Source: a virus
Virus record (IMG/VR): IMGVR_UViG_3300047301_000191
Direction: 5' to 3' (one strand)
Length of the DNA: 64,000 nt
Shown: positions 54,595-62,455 of the stretch, in pieces
How the letters are laid out: every line of letters begins with the position of its first letter
How positions within the stretch are numbered: position 1 is the stretch's first letter
The notes under the pieces: model-generated
Databases searched by the model: none
What the model saw: only the letters and a program-made list of their open reading frames with translations
What the model was told of the DNA's origin: nothing
Program-made: the position numbers and the translations under genes

Positions 54595-55355
54595 GCTTGC
54601 TAGTCTATAATACAGATCAGCTTAATGAAGTACGTGCAGTAATCACTGCGCACGCCAATATGCATCGCGGTCTAATCAGTGAGCTGCCAGAGGCAAGTCC
54701 TTACGCTACAGCAGAGGGGCTTCGCTGCTGGCTGAATTCTCGTCGCGATCTTAAAAGCAGAATCCTTGAGATGATTAAAGACTTGAAAGAAGAAGAGTCT
54801 GCAATTGCCACACTAGAGAATTTTGTCTGTATCTATAAGCCACGCCCGGTTAGCAATAAGAAACAAAAAACTCCAGCAAAGCCAACGCCCAAAGTCACAG
54901 AACCAAGTTGCTTTCATTGGCGGCGAAGAGTCCGCCCTACAGTCATTGTGGATTTGATCCAGATATGGAATGCCGCGCCTAGCTTTGATATATATGGTGC
55001 AATTCTAGACGGAAGAGCAGCTACCCCAAGCGACCTTTTCGCGCCAGTTGAAGGGTGGACGCCTGACTCTATGCCAGATTCAGTTCTTGCGCTAAGAGAG
55101 GCAGAGTCCACTTTCGTCAAAGAAGATAACGAATACATCCCATATCGCACTGGCTTTTACCAATCTCTCATGATGACAAAGTCATCCAATGTTCTTTGGT
55201 TTCTTCAGGCTTTTATGATTGGGTTCCTTTTTGTATTTTTGTTCTCCAGAGATGGCCAAATACAAATGTTTAGTCAGGTAATGCTGATTCTTAGTGGGAT
55301 AGCTATTGCGATAACAGCAAGTACATCATGCCATTCTCCAAAGGCAAAAGTATGA
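54591..55355 (+). CDS. Hypothetical protein with C-terminal TM helices
   Basis: TTG start; VLWFLQAFMIGFLFVFLF hydrophobic segment. Confidence 0.45.
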   Translation: MSLLVYNTDQLNEVRAVITAHANMHRGLISELPEASPYATAEGLRCWLNSRRDLKSRILEMIKDLKEEESAIATLENFVCIYKPRPVSNKKQKTPAKPTPKVTEPSCFHWRRRVRPTVIVDLIQIWNAAPSFDIYGAILDGRAATPSDLFAPVEGWTPDSMPDSVLALREAESTFVKEDNEYIPYRTGFYQSLMMTKSSNVLWFLQAFMIGFLFVFLFSRDGQIQMFSQVMLILSGIAIAITASTSCHSPKAKV

Positions 55356-55672
55356 AGCTTAACACATTTGCTGCCATTTGCACGTCTGATAAAGTAAAGG
55401 TCCTTGCCGGAGTAGATGCTGAGTTACGAAAATTTACGACCACAGAAAAATATAACGGTCATCGACTGAACTTCACAGCACACAATCGTAGCGCTATATC
55501 AGGCAAGTGGTATACAGAGATACATCTCTACAGGTATTTTACAAACGCACATTATGCAAGATGTATGCAGTGGGAAGGCTCCACCGTGAACTGGGTATTC
55601 TCTCATAGAGATTACCATGAGCTGATTTCTGCCTGCAAAATCTTTGTCGATGAAATCGCCATCTTTGAATGA
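55352..55672 (+). CDS. Hypothetical protein (N-term MKLNTFAAI)
   Basis: Internal ATG overlapping the upstream stop. Confidence 0.4.
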   Translation: MKLNTFAAICTSDKVKVLAGVDAELRKFTTTEKYNGHRLNFTAHNRSAISGKWYTEIHLYRYFTNAHYARCMQWEGSTVNWVFSHRDYHELISACKIFVDEIAIFE

Positions 55673-55715
55673 GTAGACACTAATCTAAATATCCAGAATC
55701 CACCGGAGACAAAAA

Positions 55716-56462
55716 ATGAGACAAATAGTACTTACTGATCTCCATGGCTGCTACGATGAAATGCGCCGCCTGCTGGATCAAATCAAATTCGACAGCACCG
55801 ATACGATTATTGGTGCGTCTGACGCCGTAGACAAAGGCCCTCATTCTGCTGAAGTTGTGCGTTTTCTTGCGGATCTAGGTTGCCAAGTCAGGCAAGTCCG
55901 AGGCAATCATGAGATGAAGTTCTTGCGCTTTGTAAAGGCTTATCGAAAAGATTCGTCTAAAGCTATGGAGCGCCGTGGCTCTCGCGACATGGAGCGCACA
56001 ATGAATGGACTCAGGGAATCTGATCTTGAATGGCTTGCGAGTGGAGCGACGTGGGCGGATGTCAAGGGACACAACGCAATCGTAGTTCATGCTGGTATTG
56101 AGCCCGCCATGAAGCGACTGCCGGAACAATTTCCTGAAGACAAAAAGAAGCTCGAATCTTGCTCGGCGCTGTGGTACACTCGTTTCGTCAAGAACGGGCG
56201 GATGGTCAAGCTTGGTGAAGAAGACCCAGAATGTCAATTCTGGGCGGATGTTTATGACGGCAGGTACGGCACCGTCTACTATGGTCACCAGCCATTTATG
56301 CAGGCTGACCCTCGCATCTCAGAGCACGCCGTAGGGCTCGATCTTGGTGGAGTTATGGGTGGGCAACTTGCTGCCGCTATCTTCTACGAAGACAGGGTTG
56401 AGTTTGATAAAGTGGCTTGTCAAGAATATGTTTCGCCAAAAGCCGCGTATGGTGACGAATGA
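55716..56462 (+). CDS. Calcineurin-like metallophosphoesterase (PPP-family phosphatase, lambda-PPase/ApaH-like)
   Basis: Motifs TDLHGC (GDxHG), SDAVDKGP (GDxxDRG), RGNHE (GNHE). Confidence 0.8.
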   Translation: MRQIVLTDLHGCYDEMRRLLDQIKFDSTDTIIGASDAVDKGPHSAEVVRFLADLGCQVRQVRGNHEMKFLRFVKAYRKDSSKAMERRGSRDMERTMNGLRESDLEWLASGATWADVKGHNAIVVHAGIEPAMKRLPEQFPEDKKKLESCSALWYTRFVKNGRMVKLGEEDPECQFWADVYDGRYGTVYYGHQPFMQADPRISEHAVGLDLGGVMGGQLAAAIFYEDRVEFDKVACQEYVSPKAAYGDE

Positions 56463-56851
56463 ACTTGGATGCGACCGCAAGAATCCTGTCAACAGGCCTT
56501 TGGGTTAAGTCAAAAGAAAAGCCACCAAGCCCAGTGTCACAGTGGTGGGATGATATTGCTGAGCGTCGATACCGGCTAAATATCGTGAATTTCCAAACAG
56601 TTTACATTGTCTCTGTGTCGGATATGAGGGCTGAAGATTTTTGGCGGGGCGAAGGCAGACTGTTTTACGTCGCATTTGATAATGAAGCCCAGAGTGCCGA
56701 GGATGCTCTATTTGTAAACCTAAAGGAGGATGCTCTACTTGTAAACCTAAAGAGTTCCTTCGATGAAGCCACTGTTCTAGCCGCCTACAATCGTTTCATT
56801 CCCAGTGACTTGCGTGAATACGCACCATTTTGTGACAAGAGGAAAGTATGA
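56459..56851 (+). CDS. Hypothetical protein containing a 27-nt tandem duplication
   Basis: ATGA overlap on both sides (operon with phosphoesterase and Thg1-like gene). Confidence 0.45.
   Translation: MNLDATARILSTGLWVKSKEKPPSPVSQWWDDIAERRYRLNIVNFQTVYIVSVSDMRAEDFWRGEGRLFYVAFDNEAQSAEDALFVNLKEDALLVNLKSSFDEATVLAAYNRFIPSDLREYAPFCDKRKV
56699..56752 (+). repeat. 27-bp direct tandem duplication (gaggatgctctaYttgtaaacctaaag x2), in-frame (EDALFVNLK EDALLVNLK)
   Basis: Two adjacent copies differing at one position. Confidence 0.8.
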
Positions 56852-57708
56852 CGACAACCACCACAGAAGCAACTGCGCGCCTGCCTTCTCTTGAAGAACA
56901 ATTCCAAGAATTGGAGCGACTTGAAGACCAGCGCATTCCGTCCTCTCAAGGTTTCATCACCAGGCTTGATGGTCGAGGTTTCTCAAAGCTAACGCAGAAA
57001 CTTGATAAGCCATTCGATTCCGACTTCAATCGAGCAATGAGGGCTGCGGCAGTATCTTTGTTTGTAGACTTTAACCCGCTGCTCATCCACACAGGCAGTG
57101 ACGAAATTTCTGCATACTTTCCTGCTCAAAAAGGAGAAACAGGGGAACACCCATTTAATGGAAGGATTCAAAAGATTCTTTCGGTTGTAGCTGGCGTCGT
57201 TTCCACTGCCTTTAATCAAGTCACATCGAGCCAAGAGTTTAAGGCAAAGCTGACTGATCGTGCAGTATTTGATGCACGAATCGTAAAGGTTACTCCCGAG
57301 TTGGCTGCTGCGTATTTTGTTTGGCGAGAGCAAAACACAAAGAGAAATTCTGTTCAAATGGCTTGTCGCACCGTTATGTCGCACAAGGCAATGAATGGGC
57401 TGAATCAAACGCAGCAGTTTCTTGCGCTTCAAGAATACGGCATTGATTGGAACAATTATGACCGCATGAATAAGCGCGGAATCTTGCTACAAAAGCAATC
57501 CAATCAGCTTCGGCTCACAGCACAAGATATCTCACAATTGCCCGAGAGGCATGATCTGCGCGTGGCGGCAAGTTCATCAGAGGGTGGCGACGTTGTCATT
57601 GTTCGCAACGAAGTTGTGGAGCTTGACTTGCCCCCATTGGCTTCAGTTGCAAATCTGTATGAATGCCTTTTTGAGAAGGCAATCCCGGAGCTAAAAGATG
57701 ACAAATGA
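56848..57708 (+). CDS. Thg1-like protein (tRNA-His guanylyltransferase family, 3'-5' nucleotide-addition/tRNA 5'-end repair enzyme)
   Basis: FITRLDGRGFSKLT, TGSDEISAYFP, FNGRIQKILSVVAGVVSTAFN, VFDARIV, YFVWREQNTKRNSVQMACRTV, EYGIDWNNYDRMNKRGILL align with conserved Thg1 blocks. Confidence 0.8.
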   Translation: MTTTTTEATARLPSLEEQFQELERLEDQRIPSSQGFITRLDGRGFSKLTQKLDKPFDSDFNRAMRAAAVSLFVDFNPLLIHTGSDEISAYFPAQKGETGEHPFNGRIQKILSVVAGVVSTAFNQVTSSQEFKAKLTDRAVFDARIVKVTPELAAAYFVWREQNTKRNSVQMACRTVMSHKAMNGLNQTQQFLALQEYGIDWNNYDRMNKRGILLQKQSNQLRLTAQDISQLPERHDLRVAASSSEGGDVVIVRNEVVELDLPPLASVANLYECLFEKAIPELKDDK

Positions 57709-57889
57709 TAATGAAGTTTCGGTTTACTGTGAGCTATTGAAGTATCTCTCTACTCATTCGATTGGCGATGCGGCAGAGGCACTTGGTGTAACTAGCGACA
57801 CAATTGCTCTTTGGCTCAGGCGAGATGCAAGGACCCCTGCATGTATTGCTAGCGCAGTAATTCAGGTTCTTGCGCTCAGGAATTCCTAA
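57698..57889 (+). CDS. Small HTH DNA-binding protein (putative regulator)
   Basis: IGDAAEALGVTSDTIALWLRRD helix-turn-helix; overlaps the Thg1-like stop. Confidence 0.45.
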   Translation: MTNDNEVSVYCELLKYLSTHSIGDAAEALGVTSDTIALWLRRDARTPACIASAVIQVLALRNS

Positions 57890-57890
57890 T

Positions 57891-58286
57891 ATGCAAATTG
57901 ATGAATGGGAATGGATTTCAGCGGTTGCGATAGCAAATAAAAATCTATGCAGAGAGTCCATTCTTGACATGGGAGAGACGCTTGGAATTCGATTTGTTAT
58001 GCCAAGATTTACCAATAGTATTCTGAAGTCAAGCACTCCATATATCTTTATAGAATACGATTATGAATCGGGAAAACATATCCCAAACAAACACATACTT
58101 AATTCCCGCATTCACGCGGGTACGAATGGCCTGCGCGCACTTGAATTACAAACAGTCATTCATCTGGGCAAAACACTTCATATGTGCATTCACGATATAC
58201 ATTTCCATGAGACTATCGTTGGATATCAGGAAGAAAAATATTGGAAGATATCGGGAAGCTGGAATGTGTTTGCGCCAGAACACTGA
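57891..58286 (+). CDS. Hypothetical protein (N-term MQIDEWEWISAV)
   Basis: Internal ATG of ORF 57870. Confidence 0.4.
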   Translation: MQIDEWEWISAVAIANKNLCRESILDMGETLGIRFVMPRFTNSILKSSTPYIFIEYDYESGKHIPNKHILNSRIHAGTNGLRALELQTVIHLGKTLHMCIHDIHFHETIVGYQEEKYWKISGSWNVFAPEH

Positions 58287-58294
58287 GGGATTAA

Positions 58295-58741
58295 ATGCAA
58301 CTAGACTCGTTCACAGAAATCATTCTTTCTCTAAACAAACCAGTCCAGATTTCATCTGATACTTTTTGGGATAAAGATCGTCTCTATCGGTTTGATAGTG
58401 ACCTTCACAACCTTGCCGACAAGCCAACCGCAGAATCATTCTGCAAGTATATGTCCGTAGAAAATAGATTAAGTCAAAAAAATGAAGAAATCGCCATATC
58501 GGAAGAAAGTCTAAACGGCATCAAGTGGCGATGCTTCTACTGGCGAAGAAATCAAATCTATCGCCGAGATGATTGGACAAGCGTTAAATCAGTGTTCTTA
58601 AGGTTGGCTGGAGATTCTTATGGATTCCTCGGTGAGGAAAAATCACATGTTGACTATTCGTTGCCGAAGCTTCAGCTTGAAGACTTGGGCATCTTTTCAG
58701 AAGAAGTGGTGCTGAAGTTTTTTGGAGATAATATTGAATAA
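58295..58741 (+). CDS. Tandem paralog family E, member 1
   Basis: N-term MQLDSFTEIILSLNKPVQIS; shared YW..NQIYR and GIFSE motifs. Confidence 0.5.
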   Translation: MQLDSFTEIILSLNKPVQISSDTFWDKDRLYRFDSDLHNLADKPTAESFCKYMSVENRLSQKNEEIAISEESLNGIKWRCFYWRRNQIYRRDDWTSVKSVFLRLAGDSYGFLGEEKSHVDYSLPKLQLEDLGIFSEEVVLKFFGDNIE

Positions 58742-58792
58742 TAACCTCATGGTTGAGGCAAGCGGGTTGAAGGTCGTACGCCGGAGGATTGA

Positions 58793-59209
58793 TTGGAATT
58801 AGATATATTTACGGAAGTTATTCTTTCGCTAAACGATCCTCGCGAAATCAGCCGCGAGCAATTCTGGAGCGTTCGTCGTCAAGAATTCGATGGAGATCTT
58901 CGCATGTTACTTGGTGAACCAGACTGCACCGTGAAGTACTTAACGGTGGACAATTTGATTACAGGACAAAAAGAAGATATCGCAATCGCACATGAGGGAA
59001 ATAACGGGGACTGCCTTTACTGGCAACAAAATCAAATCTATAGGTCGGCCGAAAGAGTGCCGGTAACTTACTTCAAGGCTTCTGGTGTCCGTTATGGGCG
59101 GCTAATGCTTGGCGGATTCAGGAATGAAAAAGCACTCTCTGTAGAAAGCCCTGGTATATTTTCCGAATACATCGCGCAGAAATACATTAGGATCAGCCGT
59201 GAAACTTGA
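58793..59209 (+). CDS. Tandem paralog family E, member 2
   Basis: TTG start; N-term MELDIFTEVILSLNDPREIS; YWQQNQIYR; GIFSEYI. Confidence 0.5.
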   Translation: MELDIFTEVILSLNDPREISREQFWSVRRQEFDGDLRMLLGEPDCTVKYLTVDNLITGQKEDIAIAHEGNNGDCLYWQQNQIYRSAERVPVTYFKASGVRYGRLMLGGFRNEKALSVESPGIFSEYIAQKYIRISRET

Positions 59210-59663
59210 TTTTATGAGCGAGTTGCTCGCAGCAATAAACGATCCTATTATCGTCGGAGAAGAGGATTTTCATCGAGACTCTCCTGCCTGTATGTATTTT
59301 CACACAAGTTACTACGACGCGGTCGATTATCGCTGTCCAATCACATACTACTCTGTATGGAATGCCTTTAAGTCCTGCAGAGAGATTTGCGCACAAGCCA
59401 TTGAGATGTCGTCGAGGGTTACAGCCATGTCGAGAACTGTGTCGGGGAAAGAAACCACGTTTTATTGGCAGAACGAAAAGATATACTATAACTTCATAAT
59501 AGACGAATTTTGCATCAGCTGTGATTCTCATGATTTTGGCAACGAGCCGAAATTCTTTAATCCGCGAGACACAAATGACACTAAGTATGAACTTACAAAA
59601 GATCAAGCGGGAATCTTTTCAGAAAACTTCTATCTGAAACACTTTTTAATCTTAAGCAATTAG
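59199..59663 (+). CDS. Tandem paralog family E, member 3
   Basis: GTG start; N-term VKLDFMSELLAAINDPIIV; YWQNEKIYY; GIFSENF. Confidence 0.45.
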   Translation: MKLDFMSELLAAINDPIIVGEEDFHRDSPACMYFHTSYYDAVDYRCPITYYSVWNAFKSCREICAQAIEMSSRVTAMSRTVSGKETTFYWQNEKIYYNFIIDEFCISCDSHDFGNEPKFFNPRDTNDTKYELTKDQAGIFSENFYLKHFLILSN

Positions 59664-59686
59664 CCCTGACTGGCCCTTGGCCTTGC

Positions 59687-59713
59687 CAGCAAAACCGCCG
59701 CCGACGGATCCAG
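59687..59713 (+). promoter_or_regulatory. Recurrent motif copy 10 (TTGCCAGCAAAACC-N10-GATCCAG followed by an inverted repeat of the spacer)
   Basis: 24 nt after stop 59663; spacer GCCGCCGACG is complemented by downstream CCGTCGGCGGC. Confidence 0.45.
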
Positions 59714-59753
59714 AAGCCGTCGGCGGCGACGAAACGAGAAAGCAGTAGCAAAG

Positions 59754-60122
59754 ATGAGTTTCGATATTCCGACTGCATATTCAGAAATGCCGCCAGCGCC
59801 GCAGAGTATGGCTTCCGCCCACAGAAGGCCGAGGACATCGCGTAAATCATCCAATTATCTTAGGACCTTGATTGGGCCACCACATGGATGGAAGCCTCAG
59901 ACCTACTACATAGGTGACTGCTCAGTTGGAGTAGGAAATCCCACATGGCGGTGCATTGTTTTTTCTGGCTTCCTTAATGGACCGAACGGCGATCCTGGAG
60001 GTTACTCTTGCATCTGGAGTGCGACTGGAGATCAAATGCCAATAGACGAATCCTATTATCTTGCTATTGTCATGGAGATTGGCAACATCAACGGCCCTCC
60101 TCAACTCCCAGAGCAACCATGA
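59754..60122 (+). CDS. Hypothetical Gly/Pro-rich protein
   Basis: ORF downstream of motif copy 10. Confidence 0.45.
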   Translation: MSFDIPTAYSEMPPAPQSMASAHRRPRTSRKSSNYLRTLIGPPHGWKPQTYYIGDCSVGVGNPTWRCIVFSGFLNGPNGDPGGYSCIWSATGDQMPIDESYYLAIVMEIGNINGPPQLPEQP

Positions 60123-60448
60123 ATCTAAAACAATGGGAAGAAATCAGCAAGCATCTCGAAGAGTACAGCGAGCTATCTGTTGTTGGTGACCATCGTGACT
60201 GCTTTTCGCTTTGTACTCCAACCAATCCCAAACACAGAGTTTTTCTTTCGTTTTTCAGCAATGGGCAGGTGCATTCACGTCGCTACATGGATGGCCTTGT
60301 AACCCATCGCCCTATCTCCGAAGGGCCTGCTTTTGAAAGCTTTGGCATGGACGGCAGTATTTTTACCCGCGCCTTTTGCGTAAATGGTCACTATGTGGCG
60401 ACAGATAAAAATTATCCTAAATCATACAGTCGGAAGGATGACAAATGA
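60119..60448 (+). CDS. MORN-variant repeat protein
   Basis: ATGA overlap; N-term MNLKQWEEISKHLEEYSEL; repeat HRPISEGPAFESFGMDG. Confidence 0.6.
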   Translation: MNLKQWEEISKHLEEYSELSVVGDHRDCFSLCTPTNPKHRVFLSFFSNGQVHSRRYMDGLVTHRPISEGPAFESFGMDGSIFTRAFCVNGHYVATDKNYPKSYSRKDDK

Positions 60449-60744
60449 GCCACTATTGCCTGCAAGATAAACATAAAAAGGTAGGCGCAAGAATTAGGAC
60501 GTGGAGTAGCGATAATGCCGCCCTAATGAAGCTTATCGAGGACCACCCCTTGACTCAAGACATTAAGCCGATGCACCCTGATCTTCCTCGGCGGCCTATT
60601 GTCGTCAAGGTAGAGAGTTGGGACAAAAAGAGAGACACGATAGTCGTACGGGCAATCTACATGCTAAACAACGAAGGTTCAAAAGAAACCAGCGTCTACA
60701 TTGAAGTCCCATATGATCGCGAACTTGTATGCGAAGGAAACTAG
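60445..60744 (+). CDS. Hypothetical protein
   Basis: ATGA overlap. Confidence 0.4.
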   Translation: MSHYCLQDKHKKVGARIRTWSSDNAALMKLIEDHPLTQDIKPMHPDLPRRPIVVKVESWDKKRDTIVVRAIYMLNNEGSKETSVYIEVPYDRELVCEGN

Positions 60745-60752
60745 ACAAGCCA

Positions 60753-61139
60753 ATGAAGCTAAATATAAATGAATGTCTTCACTTCGCATTGAACTCTGAT
60801 TTTGTCAAAACAGACGCAAATGTTTTTAGTTCTGATCGAGAAGAGATGAATAATGCGAAATGGTTGCTTAGTGGATACAGACTATGCAAAGACTACACAT
60901 TTCGATGCTATGAGAAGCAGCCGGGATTCTCGTCGTCAGATTCGCTGGTTGGTAACTTTGCCGACAGCAAGCTAATCCTACGGTTTAGGATTATGCAAAG
61001 AAGAACATCAGGCAACAGATGGAACTGGATTGTCTTTGACGAACAAACGTCGACAATACATGACATCGACTACATGTTGAAGTTCCCAGAGATTTTCGAC
61101 ACAGGCAGACTGAGTGCCTTGCTCGAAATCAGCATTTAA
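60753..61139 (+). CDS. Hypothetical protein (N-term MKLNINECL)
   Basis: Internal ATG of ORF 60729. Confidence 0.4.
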   Translation: MKLNINECLHFALNSDFVKTDANVFSSDREEMNNAKWLLSGYRLCKDYTFRCYEKQPGFSSSDSLVGNFADSKLILRFRIMQRRTSGNRWNWIVFDEQTSTIHDIDYMLKFPEIFDTGRLSALLEISI

Positions 61140-61172
61140 AGAATACAATTTCTTTTACCCTTTTTCGTTCTC

Positions 61173-61205
61173 CCATTGCGCCGGCTGACAAACGCAATGG
61201 TTTTA
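61173..61205 (+). terminator. Stem-loop ccattgcg-N12-cgcaatgg followed by TTTTA (terminator candidate)
   Basis: 8-bp perfect stem 34 nt after stop 61139. Confidence 0.4.
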
Positions 61206-61257
61206 CCCGTCAGGCTTCGTAAGAAGTTAGCTTTAACCCCCAGCCAAGGATAGTAAG

Positions 61258-62367
61258 ATGGACATTAAGCAGCTGATTGATTTTGACTCTGGCCTTCACC
61301 CCCACATGCCCCGCTTCTTGGGCGGGCCTGCTGGTCTTGGTAAGTCAAGTGTCGTGAAGATGATTGCCAAACTGCGCGGTATGCGAGTTGTTGATCTTCG
61401 CCTTTCCGAGCTTGAGCCTGCCGACCTTGTCGGTATGCCTTATGTTGACAAGACCGTAGATGGTCAGGTTGTGACCCGCTACGCTGCCCCGACCTGGTGG
61501 TACAATCTTGAGAACGCCATCCTGCTGCTGGACGAGCTGGACCGTGCTCGTGAAGATATGCAGCCTCTGGCGATGCAGTTGACCTTGGACCGCCGTGCCG
61601 GTGGTCGTGATCTGCCAGCCAGCACGATTGTGTTCGCTGCAGGTAACGGTCTCAAGTACCAGACCGCTACGATTGACCAGGCTCTCTGCAACCGTATGGC
61701 CATGATTGAGTTCACGCCTACCGCTGCAGAGTGGACCGCTTGGGCTCAGGAAGAAAGCAGCAACGTTCACCCTGCCGTCGCCCAGTTCATTCAGCAGAAC
61801 AAGCAACTGCTTGATATCTCTGATGCTGACGTTGGCAAGCCCAACCTTCCTGTTCCTAGCCGTCGTAGCTGGGCCAACTTTGGTGGGATGCTGCTTGACC
61901 GCGAAGACTCCAAGAAGGCGATTCAGGATATCGCCAAGGCAAGCAACAACCTGCTTGTTTGGGGTGAGCCGTTCGTTGGTCAGGTGGCCGCTCATGCTTT
62001 CGCAAGCTGGGTGAAGGATAAGTTCAACCCGCTCGATATCATGGATATCTTCAACGGCAAGATCAAGGATGCTGAAGGTTTCCCCATCACCCAGGTCATT
62101 CAGTCTCTGAGCGACGTGATGGAAATCTTTATCTCCGACAAGGTCGATGACAAGCAGCGTACCAACGCCGGCCTGTTCTACGCCGCCATCGGTCGTGAAA
62201 CCTTTGCCGCCTTCTTCAACCGTCTGCCCAACGAATACGCTGGTATTGTTGTCGGTAACAAGACCCTGCAGGAAGCCACCAACGCCCTGCTTGAAGCCAA
62301 GCGTTCGGCGAATGCCAAGCCCAAGAAGGAAGGCGAGGCTGACGGCGAAGCCGCTGCCAGCAAGTGA
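61258..62367 (+). CDS. MoxR-like AAA+ ATPase (CbbQ/NorQ/CobS-type)
   Basis: Walker A GGPAGLGKS, Walker B LLLDELDRA; GC-rich codon usage versus window background. Confidence 0.8.
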   Translation: MDIKQLIDFDSGLHPHMPRFLGGPAGLGKSSVVKMIAKLRGMRVVDLRLSELEPADLVGMPYVDKTVDGQVVTRYAAPTWWYNLENAILLLDELDRAREDMQPLAMQLTLDRRAGGRDLPASTIVFAAGNGLKYQTATIDQALCNRMAMIEFTPTAAEWTAWAQEESSNVHPAVAQFIQQNKQLLDISDADVGKPNLPVPSRRSWANFGGMLLDREDSKKAIQDIAKASNNLLVWGEPFVGQVAAHAFASWVKDKFNPLDIMDIFNGKIKDAEGFPITQVIQSLSDVMEIFISDKVDDKQRTNAGLFYAAIGRETFAAFFNRLPNEYAGIVVGNKTLQEATNALLEAKRSANAKPKKEGEADGEAAASK

Positions 62368-62375
62368 GCTAAAAG

Positions 62376-62420
62376 CTAGGCGGGGAAGCCTACAGGTAAT
62401 CCCCGCCTAGTTTCTCACTT
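62376..62420 (+). terminator. Rho-independent terminator (ctaggcgggg-N15-ccccgcctag + T-rich tail)
   Basis: 10-bp perfect GC stem 9 nt after stop 62367. Confidence 0.55.
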
Positions 62421-62455
62421 GTTTCTGTTTTTAACCCGAGCCAAAAGGAAAGAAG

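Noticed and set aside
5142-59713. Recurrent motif interpreted as rho-independent terminators
   Set aside because: Only two of ten copies have dyad symmetry in the spacer, and none is followed by a T-run. Genuine terminators in this window look different (GC stem + T-run, e.g. 1442, 62376, 63861).
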